A stretch of DNA of 38,528 nt from a virus (taxonomy: Duplodnaviria > Caudoviricetes). The notes below the pieces were generated by a model. That model saw only the letters and a list, made by a program, of their open reading frames with translations. It was not told the origin of the DNA and ran no database searches. The DNA lies in IMG/VR virus record IMGVR_UViG_3300022178_004478, positions 1 to 38,528 of that record, one strand, 5' to 3'. This document shows, piece after piece, positions 9,652 to 18,903 of the stretch. Both the position numbers and the translations under genes were made by a program. How positions within the stretch are numbered: the stretch's first letter is position 1; the number at the start of each line of letters is the position of its first letter.

Positions 9652-10047
9652 ATGGAAGAATTTTTTACTAAAGAAGCAGCCAACGAGGGGATAGTAATTC
9701 CCCTACACTTGCCAACCGGTGGTAAATCGGAGCACACAATTACCATCTATGGGGTTGACTCCGATGAGTTTTACCGTGCTTTGCAAATTGAAAAACGAAA
9801 ACTATCTGGGATTGAGATCGCGGCAAACAATCTAGAAGGGGAAGACCGACTTGAATACATTAATGACAAGCAACGCGAGTCCGAGTATACCGTTTTAGGG
9901 CACCTAATTAAAGATTGGACTTTCGAAATGGAATGCACAATGGAGAATAAAATCCACTTTGTGAAGAATGCACCCCAGATTGGGGATCAGATCAATAATA
10001 TTTCCGGGGACAGAAAACTTTTTTTAGCTCTAGGGCAAGAGAGTTAG
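9652..10047 (+). CDS. Tail assembly chaperone (lambda gpG-like)
   Basis: 131 aa between the tail tube and tape measure genes; slippery heptamer near its 3' end. Confidence 0.85.
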   Translation: MEEFFTKEAANEGIVIPLHLPTGGKSEHTITIYGVDSDEFYRALQIEKRKLSGIEIAANNLEGEDRLEYINDKQRESEYTVLGHLIKDWTFEMECTMENKIHFVKNAPQIGDQINNISGDRKLFLALGQES

Positions 10048-10388
10048 AGAATTTTGCTGAGTCAGAATTTGATCTTTCTTCGCCCCTCGAGGGTTCCAGT
10101 TGTTCAAAAAGAACGCACTTAAATAAAGTTTGGCAGCAGTCTGGTAAAAAACCGGATGAGCTTGAGAAAGCTCCCAAGCCGCCCAAAGAGCTTCTCTACA
10201 TTTGGGATTGGTTCATTGAGCTGATCCAGTTTGGGGAGATAAACTGGCAGACCTTACATGCCTGGGTGGCTATGCGTGGTTTTAAAACCAATGCGTTCGA
10301 AACAGAGTTGCTTTTAACCCTAAATAGGCTTTATATTAATCGCAACCATGGCAACAGATGTAACACAACTACTAATAAAGGTAAATAG
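9652..10388 (+). CDS. Tail assembly chaperone gpGT-like, -1 frameshift product
   Basis: In-frame T TTT TTA at 10020-10026. The -1 frame is open to TAG at 10386-10388 and reads SSRARELENFAESEF...PPKELLYIWDWFIEL...INWQTLHAW...LNRLY. Confidence 0.85.
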
Positions 10389-12492
10389 TAACCAGGTTGG
10401 TACGGCGAGCAACCGTGTTGACCGATTGGGTAGAAGTGCCGGTAAAACAACGACAGCTACGAATAAGCTTACAAGGGCCTTTAAGAGATTCGCGGGGCCT
10501 CTTGCGGTAGCATATGGCGTTGCCAAGCTCACGAAGTTTATTGTAAAAACCGGGATGGCCTTCGAGACTTTTGAGAAGCAGCTATATGCGGTAACCGGTA
10601 CTGCCAAACTTGCATCGTTGGAAATGGATTATCTGGCTGATGTTGCGGACAAAAATGCCGTAAAACTAAGCAGCTCAATTAAACCGTACGTCCGTATGAA
10701 AGAGTCGATGAGGAGGCTTGGGCTTGAAGCGGAAACCACAAGAAATATTTTTGAGGGTGTCTCAAATGCGGCTGCAACTTTTGGCTTAACCGCAGATGAG
10801 GTTAACGGTGTACTTGTTGCTTTTACACAAGTTGCTTCGAAAGGGAAAGTACAGGCGGAGGAGCTTAGAAACCAAATTGCCGAGCGTATACCAGGTGCTT
10901 TAGCTTTAGCAGAAAAAGCTGCGGGTGTTACAAATGTAGAGCTACAGAAAATGTTGGAGACCGGTCAATTAATGGCCAAAGACTTTCTTCCCGCGTTCGG
11001 GGCGTTAATGAAACAAGAATTTGGTACTAATTTAGAGCGCAAAACAGATACACTTGCGGCCTCGGCAACAAGGGCATCAAATTCATTTGACCTTCTAGGC
11101 AAAGAAATTTTTGAACTTTCCGCTGATACAATTGGTCAGTTTATATCATTAAAGGGGATTCTAGATGTGGTTGCTATGGCAGCGGGGGAAACTGCGAATG
11201 CTCTCAAATGGATAAAAGAAGATCGCAGAGACAGCGTGTTCGTTAGACTAGCGGAAGATATGGGTGTGGTAATCGCCGACATGGAAAAATTTAATAATGC
11301 CGGTGAGGTAATGAGAAGTTCAAAGTTGTTCAAATTAAACGAAGAATACAAAAATCTTGTGGCATCTGCGGATTTTGATCAGTTGGGAGGCTTCATGAGC
11401 AAAATCCAAATAGCAATTTATGATACTGAGGTAGCATATGAAAGACTTAATGGTTCAAAGGAAAACCATAACAAAACGCAAAAGGATGAGATGCGGGAAC
11501 TCAAAGCATACCTTGAAGTTCTTAGAAAGTTTGAGTCTGAACTTCCAGACGCATTTGCAGACAAACCACGTCCTGCCCCCATAGACATTGGTAGTGGCAC
11601 AGGGCAAGAAGAGAAACAAGACTTGGCACTAGAGCGTCTTAAAAAGTATTTAAACGCTGAGTGGGAGGCCCGTGATGCCGCTTTTATTGAGGAAGAACTC
11701 CAACTTGATGACAAGTATGCCCGAGACCTTGCAAAACTCGAGGAAGCTTATGAAGGGAAAAAAGATCTAGATGAGGAGTATGCGGATTTTAAAACCAAAC
11801 TAGACTCAAAATTAACTAAGGATCTTGAGAATCTGAAAAAAAGAGAAGCTCTGTCATCCCAAAGAACCCAAATGCAAGCCTACAGCCAGATAGTTGGTAT
11901 GGCTGGGGATTTAAGCGGTGAATTACTAGCATTGACCGAAGAAGGTTCTTCGGCTCATAAAGCTTTGTTTTTGACTACCAAAGCTCTTTCCATCGGGCAA
12001 GCCATTCTCGCTACCGAATTGGCAGCTAATCAAGCGTCCGCTGACCCACTTAACCCAACCATGATTGGTAAAATTCAGGCTGCTACTTTGATCAGGGCAT
12101 TGGGTTACGCTTCTGTGGGTGTCATGGTTGGAACCACCGCTGGTAGTTTTGCTCAGGGTGGCATCGTCCCTGGTGGCAGCTTCAACAGTGACAATGTTAC
12201 CGCCAGCGTTAACTCAGGTGAGATGATCCTGAACTTTGCCCAACAGAAGGAGCTTTTGGATGTGGCCAAGGGTGGTGGCCGCTCTTCTGGGGGTGGTGTA
12301 AGTGTAAATGTCATAAACAATTCTGGATCTGAAATTGAGGTCCAGGAGGATGAGGGTAAGAATGGCCAAAGAATGATTGAGATTATTGTATCCAAAGTCG
12401 AAAAGAACATGGCTAGTAAAGTCCAACAAGGTGGAAATATGTTTAGCAAATCTTTTGAGGGTGCTTATGGGTTAAAGAGAGGTAACTCATAA
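10348..12492 (+). CDS. Tape measure protein
   Basis: 714 aa, Ala-rich and helical, with the tape-measure N-terminal motif Q-x-x-SKGKVQAEELRNQIAERIPGA and C-terminal FAQGG...GEM and VNVINNS motifs. Confidence 0.93.
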   Translation: MATDVTQLLIKVNSNQVGTASNRVDRLGRSAGKTTTATNKLTRAFKRFAGPLAVAYGVAKLTKFIVKTGMAFETFEKQLYAVTGTAKLASLEMDYLADVADKNAVKLSSSIKPYVRMKESMRRLGLEAETTRNIFEGVSNAAATFGLTADEVNGVLVAFTQVASKGKVQAEELRNQIAERIPGALALAEKAAGVTNVELQKMLETGQLMAKDFLPAFGALMKQEFGTNLERKTDTLAASATRASNSFDLLGKEIFELSADTIGQFISLKGILDVVAMAAGETANALKWIKEDRRDSVFVRLAEDMGVVIADMEKFNNAGEVMRSSKLFKLNEEYKNLVASADFDQLGGFMSKIQIAIYDTEVAYERLNGSKENHNKTQKDEMRELKAYLEVLRKFESELPDAFADKPRPAPIDIGSGTGQEEKQDLALERLKKYLNAEWEARDAAFIEEELQLDDKYARDLAKLEEAYEGKKDLDEEYADFKTKLDSKLTKDLENLKKREALSSQRTQMQAYSQIVGMAGDLSGELLALTEEGSSAHKALFLTTKALSIGQAILATELAANQASADPLNPTMIGKIQAATLIRALGYASVGVMVGTTAGSFAQGGIVPGGSFNSDNVTASVNSGEMILNFAQQKELLDVAKGGGRSSGGGVSVNVINNSGSEIEVQEDEGKNGQRMIEIIVSKVEKNMASKVQQGGNMFSKSFEGAYGLKRGNS

Positions 12493-12872
12493 TGGCACCA
12501 CAATGGCCAACATCTATCCCGCCGATTTCAGCAAAGATTTCGGCTTCTGTAACCACCAACGTTGCTAGAACAAAAATTAAAAACGGTCTGCCTAGGCAGA
12601 GGAATCGATTTAAGAATCAAGTTTCTGTGTACAATGTGTCCTGGCTGCTTACAGATGCTGAGTTAAATACCTTCGAAACTTTCCACAGGGTCAATTTAAA
12701 CAATGGTAATCAATGGTTTGAAATTGATTTACCGGTTACCCAGGGCTTCCAAACGGCACTTGCTAGATTTGTTAGTGGTGAGTATAAGAGTTCAAACAAA
12801 GGGGTTTTAAACTGGTCGGTAAGTGCTTCACTTGAAATTGAAAACAGCTACGGGTATACTTCTTACCCATAA
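12492..12872 (+). CDS. Distal tail protein-like (Dit/gpM-like), paralog 1
   Basis: Follows the tape measure gene; G-x-x-RQR-x-RF...VSW...F-x-x-FH...NNG-x-x-WF motif. Confidence 0.7.
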   Translation: MAPQWPTSIPPISAKISASVTTNVARTKIKNGLPRQRNRFKNQVSVYNVSWLLTDAELNTFETFHRVNLNNGNQWFEIDLPVTQGFQTALARFVSGEYKSSNKGVLNWSVSASLEIENSYGYTSYP

Positions 12873-12884
12873 AATTAAAAAATA

Positions 12885-13247
12885 ATGCCAGTACAATTCC
12901 CAGTCAGCCTCCCAAGGGTCTCAAATAAACTCAGTCTGGGTTTGAAGGATGCAACAATCCGTCAAGTTTTTGACACTGGTAGGTCCCGGCAAAGGTCCAG
13001 GTTCGAAAGTAAGAACACCTTTTACAGTGTGAGCTGGGTGTTTACTGATGACGAGTACTCAACATTTGACGCTTTCCACAGGTTGGCGATAAACAACGGC
13101 AATGACTTCTTTGACGTTGAACTTCCGACAGGGTCAGGTGTGGAAGTAGTCACGGCGCGTATCGTGGATGGCGAATACAAAGTGAAAGCCAAAGGTAATT
13201 TCAATTGGGTCATAACCTCACAGCTTGAGGTTTTAAGCTCCCTTTAG
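12885..13247 (+). CDS. Distal tail protein-like (Dit/gpM-like), paralog 2
   Basis: Aligns by eye end-to-end with 12492-12872 (RQRxRF, YxVSW, TD, TF, FHR, NNGN, LP, AR, GEYK, KG, NW, LE). Confidence 0.7.
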   Translation: MPVQFPVSLPRVSNKLSLGLKDATIRQVFDTGRSRQRSRFESKNTFYSVSWVFTDDEYSTFDAFHRLAINNGNDFFDVELPTGSGVEVVTARIVDGEYKVKAKGNFNWVITSQLEVLSSL

Positions 13248-13260
13248 GGGCCAATATCAA

Positions 13261-13290
13261 TTGACAAGAACTAATTTTAAATATCAAATA
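13261..13290 (+). promoter_or_regulatory. Putative promoter (-35 TTGACA) at the start of the inserted fibre/lysis block
   Basis: TTGACA at 13261-13266 in a 51-nt intergenic gap with AT-rich sequence downstream; the -10 element is unclear. Confidence 0.4.
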
Positions 13291-13298
13291 AACAAATC

Positions 13299-15818
13299 AT
13301 GTCTTTAGCAACTGAACTACAAGCAATAATTGACAAAATATCTGAGGACGAGGTTCTCCTCTATACGTTTGTAAATGGCGATATTAACACTGTAGTCAAC
13401 GGTGCCGGTGGCCCATACCCGTCACTTGCTAAACTTACAAGTGACCTTTCTACTGCTTACACCAAGCAGGAGGTGGATGACTTCCTGGCGTTAAAAGCAA
13501 CACTTGAATCCCCAGCATTGACTGGAACCCCAACCGCCCCAACACAGAGTCCCCTTGATAACTCAACAAAAATTGCAACAACAGCTTATGTTGACTCTTC
13601 AGTAGGGCCAAGCGATAAGGGTTTTTTCCTAACACAGGCCGCATTGGTGGCCGAGTACCCAACAGGTCAAGATGGATGGTACGCCGTTGTTGGAGAAACC
13701 GACACCGTGTGGACTTGGGATTCTGACACAACGGCTTGGAAAAATACCGATACAAATTCACAGGGAACTGTCACTTCCATTGGCATCACTGATGGGAACG
13801 GTATTACATCAAGCGGGGGACCGGTTACACTTTCCGGTGATATCACTGTCGGACTTGATACCGCAACACAATCAACACTTGCAAGTGTCGCAGGCAAGGC
13901 CCCAATTGCCGATCCTACATTTACCGGGACAGCCACAATTCCGATTGCGGATATCACAACTGCCAACATCACAACTGCCAACATCACAACTGGTAACATC
14001 ACAACTGCCGATATCACGACTGCGAATTTTAATGCGGGTGCGATTGATGGTGGAGAGCTTAGTTGGAACGGTCAAGAAAGGACACTGAACCTTGTTACTG
14101 GAGTGGACACAACTATTCAAGTTGGGCAAGAGTTGGTACTGTATGCTGTAAATAAATCTGGGGCAACAATACCCAATGGAAGTGTTGTATCAATAAGCGG
14201 TTCTCAGGGAAACAAGCCAGCTATTGTTTTAGCCCAAGCTGATACTGTAGCAAATGCACGAAAAGCAATTGGCGTCACAACTGAATCCATTCTTAATAAT
14301 TCTAGTGGTTTTGTTACACTAAACGGAAAAGTTAGAGATCTAGTTCTGGACGACGGCACTTACGGTTTAGGTCAAGTAGTTTACTTGAGCAGCACTGTTG
14401 CTGGGGGTATTACAAACATTCAGCCAGACATAAGTGTTGAGCTTGGTCACGTTTTAGCAAATACCACTGGGGGCAACACAAACGGAGTGATTGAGGTTCA
14501 GATTAATAATGAATCAGCGGTGCATGAGCTTGAGCAACAAGTTCCGCACAACTCTGATTCAGTAATTATCTGCAACGACGGCGACAACATCCAAGACAAG
14601 TATGACGAAGCTGCAACATTAACTCCCAACGGAAATCCCTTGTCCGCGACAAATCTTGCATCACTTATTGTAATGGGCGGGACTTATGGAAACATCCAAA
14701 CCGCGGCTTCGGATTTGTATGTTAATATCATCGGAATAGGAACTGTTACAATGGGGAGCCTTTCACTTAATGGAGCGAGTAATGCAAATTTTGCAACCAT
14801 CGATAACCTTACGCTTGCTTATTACGAGGATGCTGGAAACTATGGAATTATAAAAAATATAATTTGCGATAGTTTTAGTAATTTCCTGATAAATGATGGA
14901 TTGATTGAAAATGTAAAATGCGACAATAACTTTTACATGGAAAACAATAGTGGAATAATTGATGGAATAAAAACAACTAGTGGTTTTGAAGTCAATGAAA
15001 ACTCAATCTCTGGTATTATTAAAGATGTCTATGCTACTGGAAATATTGACATTAATGATAATTTTGGGACTGTTGATAACGTAAACTCAACTTCGATTTT
15101 TTCTAATTCCTTAAATTCTTCTATAATTAAAAATTGCTCCGCAAGTTCATTTTTAACGGGTTATATGCTTAATGACGGCACTATCGATAACTGCCACAGC
15201 ACAGGCACTACTTCTTATGCATTCGGCGGCTCTTGGAATTCTGAAAATTATGGAACAATTAAAAACTGCACAGCAGCAGGTCAATTTTCTTTTGGTCAAC
15301 AATATGAAAATTCAGTGACTGAAAATTGTGTTGGAGGAGATAAGGCTTTTGCGGCTTCATCCAGTCAAATACAATTTGATGTTAATGGGTTTGGTGTTAA
15401 AGGAACATACAGAAATTGCACAGCAGGCGTAAAGTCATTTTTTGGAGCAAATGAAACAAGTGGCATTAAAACAGTGCAGGCGAATTTTTACAACTGCACT
15501 GCTGGTGCTAATTCTTTCGGGTTTGTGAATTTCGGAGGTGCTGAAACTCACTTTTCTGGGAAGGCAATTGGTTGCACTTCTGGAAACAATGGATTTTTTA
15601 GAGCAATCACTGGATCTACAAAAATTTTAGATGGTGCAGTGATTGAAAACTGTGTTGGAGGTTTTAACAGTTTTGCAAATGGAGTTAATGCTAGTAATGA
15701 AGGCGTGATTCTGCGTTGCAGAGTAGGAACTTCTGGTGCTAATGCATTTTCAGTAACTGGAACTGGCAAAGTTCGCCTTTGCTTGGATGAAGATTATAAC
15801 GAAATAAACCTACCATAA
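13299..15818 (+). CDS. Tail fibre/spike (or neck appendage) with a C-terminal beta-helix-like repeat region
   Basis: Fibre motifs SPALTGTPTAPT...STKIATTAYV and APIADPTFTGT; ITTAN pentapeptides; C-terminal repeated NC(T/V)(A/G)G-x-x-(S/A)F units. Confidence 0.8.
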   Translation: MSLATELQAIIDKISEDEVLLYTFVNGDINTVVNGAGGPYPSLAKLTSDLSTAYTKQEVDDFLALKATLESPALTGTPTAPTQSPLDNSTKIATTAYVDSSVGPSDKGFFLTQAALVAEYPTGQDGWYAVVGETDTVWTWDSDTTAWKNTDTNSQGTVTSIGITDGNGITSSGGPVTLSGDITVGLDTATQSTLASVAGKAPIADPTFTGTATIPIADITTANITTANITTGNITTADITTANFNAGAIDGGELSWNGQERTLNLVTGVDTTIQVGQELVLYAVNKSGATIPNGSVVSISGSQGNKPAIVLAQADTVANARKAIGVTTESILNNSSGFVTLNGKVRDLVLDDGTYGLGQVVYLSSTVAGGITNIQPDISVELGHVLANTTGGNTNGVIEVQINNESAVHELEQQVPHNSDSVIICNDGDNIQDKYDEAATLTPNGNPLSATNLASLIVMGGTYGNIQTAASDLYVNIIGIGTVTMGSLSLNGASNANFATIDNLTLAYYEDAGNYGIIKNIICDSFSNFLINDGLIENVKCDNNFYMENNSGIIDGIKTTSGFEVNENSISGIIKDVYATGNIDINDNFGTVDNVNSTSIFSNSLNSSIIKNCSASSFLTGYMLNDGTIDNCHSTGTTSYAFGGSWNSENYGTIKNCTAAGQFSFGQQYENSVTENCVGGDKAFAASSSQIQFDVNGFGVKGTYRNCTAGVKSFFGANETSGIKTVQANFYNCTAGANSFGFVNFGGAETHFSGKAIGCTSGNNGFFRAITGSTKILDGAVIENCVGGFNSFANGVNASNEGVILRCRVGTSGANAFSVTGTGKVRLCLDEDYNEINLP
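13953..14027 (+). repeat. 15-bp tandem repeat x5 encoding ITT(A/G)(N/D)
   Basis: ATCACAACTGCCAAC and variants in five consecutive units. Confidence 0.9.
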
Positions 15819-15819
15819 T

Positions 15820-16137
15820 ATGGAAAACAAAACCTTACATTTAAAAGACTCAGTCTGGATGCTATCGCAGCCGAATCCAATGCCCCAAGAGCTAAAGGAT
15901 TTGATACACGATGAGAGTGCTGACGAGCAAGAAAAAGCTACAGCAGTTACCGTTTGGAGAGCTAGTCAATATTCTACAGCAGACGCAGCAGACGCAGAAG
16001 CGGCACAAGCAATTTACGACGAAAAGAAAATGGAAAGTAATAACTTCATTTCTGCAACAGTCTTTCTCCCTAGTGGCAACGGCATTATTAATTGTCGCCA
16101 GCCAGACACTCTAGAGCATTGCCAAATTCGCTTTTAA
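15820..16137 (+). CDS. Hypothetical protein, possibly fibre-associated
   Basis: 105-aa ORF tightly coupled to the fibre gene. Confidence 0.55.
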   Translation: MENKTLHLKDSVWMLSQPNPMPQELKDLIHDESADEQEKATAVTVWRASQYSTADAADAEAAQAIYDEKKMESNNFISATVFLPSGNGIINCRQPDTLEHCQIRF

Positions 16138-16301
16138 TGAACACTCAATTGTTTGAACATTTTAAAATATGGGGAACTCTTGGAGTAGCTCAGATGACTG
16201 CATCTATTTCAAGTGCAAACGATCTAGCTAGTATCTTCGCATTACTTTGCGGAGGAGTAGCATCCTTAGCCATCGCTTGGTGGCACATCTTTAAGAAATA
16301 A
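16137..16301 (+). CDS. Small membrane protein (holin/antiholin-like)
   Basis: ATG at 16137 overlaps the previous stop (TAATG); 54 aa with hydrophobic segments and a basic C-terminal KK. Confidence 0.55.
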   Translation: MNTQLFEHFKIWGTLGVAQMTASISSANDLASIFALLCGGVASLAIAWWHIFKK

Positions 16302-16305
16302 TATT

Positions 16306-16701
16306 ATGACACCAGAACTATTAGCAATGCTAGGCGGGGGCGTAAGTGGCTTCGTAATGAAAATGATCGCAGCACAGGCTGATAATCAGGCTCGTCTTTT
16401 TGAGCGTATGATTGCCCGTCAGACTGTAGCGGATGAATCAGCGGATAAGGCAGCAGCACGTGGTGGTGTCTATATGCGTCGTGCTATTACGGCGGCAGTT
16501 ATCTTTGCCATTGTAATAGCCCCATTTGTCTTCGCATTCACCGACATAGGTGTTAGTATTCAAACGGAATCCAAGGGATTCCTAGGGCTATTCAAGCGTC
16601 TAGAATGGTCCACTGTACAGGGTTTTGTTATCCTACCAGAGATCCGGCAGACAGCTTTGGCGATTGTAGGATTCTACTTTGGATCTTCGCAGGTCAAATA
16701 A
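16306..16701 (+). CDS. Holin-like membrane protein (3TM type)
   Basis: Hydrophobic helices and C-terminal IVGFYFGSS, typical of 3TM holin-like proteins. Confidence 0.6.
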   Translation: MTPELLAMLGGGVSGFVMKMIAAQADNQARLFERMIARQTVADESADKAAARGGVYMRRAITAAVIFAIVIAPFVFAFTDIGVSIQTESKGFLGLFKRLEWSTVQGFVILPEIRQTALAIVGFYFGSSQVK

Positions 16702-16704
16702 GTT

Positions 16705-17835
16705 ATGGCTTTGACCAAAGCGCAAAGTGAAGCAATTGATGCTTACATTGAAGTTGGTTCTTATCGGGGTGCAGCCAGAAAGCTTGGCAAAGCGGAATCA
16801 ACAATACGCAGCATAATAAAGAGACTGGAAAGACTAGGGCAAGTTCCTTGGAAGTCAGGGGCACCAACGCCAGCACATTTGAATGTCGGCAAGACAACTG
16901 TCCAATACGATGGTGCCGGAAATGTTATCCAAGAGTGGAGAAGGCTATACCCGGAAGCGCAGGGCATGCAGGATTTTGTGGATGGGCTGTGCGATCAAGT
17001 CAAAGGCTTGGGTAAAGCACCCGTAAGAAAATCGCGCAAGACAGATACTGAAGAATTGCTTTTTGAACTAGATATTTTTGATGCACACGTTGGTATGTAC
17101 GCCGACGAAAAAGAAACCAAAGACGCTGACTACAACTGTGATATTGCAGCGGCCCGAATGGTACAGGCCGCCGAGGGTTTAGCCGCAAGAGCAAGACGGC
17201 CAGGAAAATGCGTCCTGGTATTCGGAGGTGACATGATGCACAGCGACAATCGAAGCAATCAGACAGAGGCCAGTGGGCACGTGCTCGACGTTGATACCCG
17301 GTACCATAGGGTGGTAGAGTATTTGATCCGTGCTTGCAGAGATGTTGTACAGGTTGCTGCCTCTATTGCCGCTGAGGTAGAGATTGTAGTGCTAGAGGGT
17401 AATCACTCTTGGCACTCCGAAGTGTGGCTTTCACGGGTTCTAGATGCCTATTACAGCCAATGCCCAAACATTAAGGTCAAATCTGATCCCTCCCCTAGGA
17501 AGCACATGGTGTTCGGCGACAATTTATTACTGTGGGCGCACGGCGACAGGATTGCGGCACAAAAGTGGCCCATGATTATTGCCGCTGAGTTTGCTAAGGA
17601 GTGGGGCCAAACCAAGTACCGACACCTTAAGATGGGCCACATACACCATAAGAAGACAATTGCACCAGTTATTGTTGACGAACAGTCGGGCCTGGTGGTT
17701 GAGTACCTAGAGGCATTATGTGCCACGGATGCATGGCACTCTGGAGCTGGCTTTGTTGGAAGCCAAAAAGGGGCAAGTGCGTTTGAGTATCACAAGACCG
17801 AAGGACTAACGACACGATATTTTAAATCTATATGA
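16705..17835 (+). CDS. HTH plus calcineurin-like metallophosphoesterase
   Basis: N-terminal HTH (GSYRGAARKLGKAESTIRS); metal-binding motifs DAH, GGDMMH, GNH, HGD and GHIHH. Confidence 0.85.
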   Translation: MALTKAQSEAIDAYIEVGSYRGAARKLGKAESTIRSIIKRLERLGQVPWKSGAPTPAHLNVGKTTVQYDGAGNVIQEWRRLYPEAQGMQDFVDGLCDQVKGLGKAPVRKSRKTDTEELLFELDIFDAHVGMYADEKETKDADYNCDIAAARMVQAAEGLAARARRPGKCVLVFGGDMMHSDNRSNQTEASGHVLDVDTRYHRVVEYLIRACRDVVQVAASIAAEVEIVVLEGNHSWHSEVWLSRVLDAYYSQCPNIKVKSDPSPRKHMVFGDNLLLWAHGDRIAAQKWPMIIAAEFAKEWGQTKYRHLKMGHIHHKKTIAPVIVDEQSGLVVEYLEALCATDAWHSGAGFVGSQKGASAFEYHKTEGLTTRYFKSI

Positions 17836-18359
17836 AATTAATTGCGCTCAATGGAGCTAAAACAGTTGGTAAAACAACAATCGCCAAGGCACTACAATTT
17901 CGAAGTAGAGATGTTAAAATTTTATCCTTTGCGACCCCTTTACGTGCAATGCTTAACGCAATAGGTGTTGAGGATCGATATTTGAATTTAGATAAAGAGG
18001 AGCCGGTCCCCGGTCTTGGAAAGTCAGCTAGGGACATGCTTTGCACTCTGGGCACTGAGTGGGGCCGAGGAATGGTCAATGAGTCAATTTGGCTTTGGGC
18101 TATGGGCAGACAAATTGACGAGCTGGTTTACAACTCCAAGAGACCAGATGATTTAATTATAGTCATAGATGATTGTAGGTTTCCAAATGAGGCCGACTGG
18201 GTTAAGTGTAGTGGGGGGAAGGTTGTTTGTTTGTTTCGGGACGGGATTGAATATACAAAAGGCCACGACAGTGAATTGCCACTGCCTGAGAATTTGATAG
18301 ATTACAAACTTGATGCGGGTGACATTCAAAATTCTGTAAATATAATCCTTCCAATTTAA
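17832..18359 (+). CDS. Deoxynucleoside monophosphate kinase
   Basis: P-loop GAKTVGKTT, SFATPL, LGTEWGR and DDCRFPNE motifs. Confidence 0.85.
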   Translation: MKLIALNGAKTVGKTTIAKALQFRSRDVKILSFATPLRAMLNAIGVEDRYLNLDKEEPVPGLGKSARDMLCTLGTEWGRGMVNESIWLWAMGRQIDELVYNSKRPDDLIIVIDDCRFPNEADWVKCSGGKVVCLFRDGIEYTKGHDSELPLPENLIDYKLDAGDIQNSVNIILPI

Positions 18360-18383
18360 CCTTTTATAGTTTAAACATTCTGT

Positions 18384-18899
18384 ATGCCAAACGATGCCTA
18401 CAGCGAAGCAATTAAAGAGGCTTATGCCTCCGCCCCAACGGACATAGTCATAATTGATACACTTGAGATAAGTCACCCCTCTTTACCTGGGGGGACTATG
18501 TGGTTATCAAAAACCCTGGTTGACTACACTTTAACACTTGAGGATGGAGTAACCAATCAGCTCTTCGGCGCAACTGGTTTTGAATTTAAACTGCCAGCGG
18601 CGGGGGAGAATGGTCTTCAGGAGCTAGACATTGTGATAGACAATGTTGATAGGCGTGTCAGTGAGTTCATGAATGCGGTAAAAGACTCAAAGGATCCCGT
18701 CAAGCTCACCTACCGACCGTACTTGTCTACAGATTTAACCGCACCACAGTTGGACCCCCCTTTGGTTCTGAATGTAACGGATGTCAAAGCAGACGTATTT
18801 AAAGTGACTGCAAGAGCGACATTCGCCGACCTTTTAAATAAGAAGCACCCACTACAGATGTACACCAGAGCGAGGTTTCCAAGCTTGGGGGGCTCATAG
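18384..18899 (+). CDS. Minor tail protein (DUF1833 / gpL-like position)
   Basis: EAYASAP...DTLEISHP...IDNV...TYRPYLS motifs; precedes NlpC/P60 and J. Confidence 0.8.
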   Translation: MPNDAYSEAIKEAYASAPTDIVIIDTLEISHPSLPGGTMWLSKTLVDYTLTLEDGVTNQLFGATGFEFKLPAAGENGLQELDIVIDNVDRRVSEFMNAVKDSKDPVKLTYRPYLSTDLTAPQLDPPLVLNVTDVKADVFKVTARATFADLLNKKHPLQMYTRARFPSLGGS

Positions 18900-18903
18900 A
18901 GGA

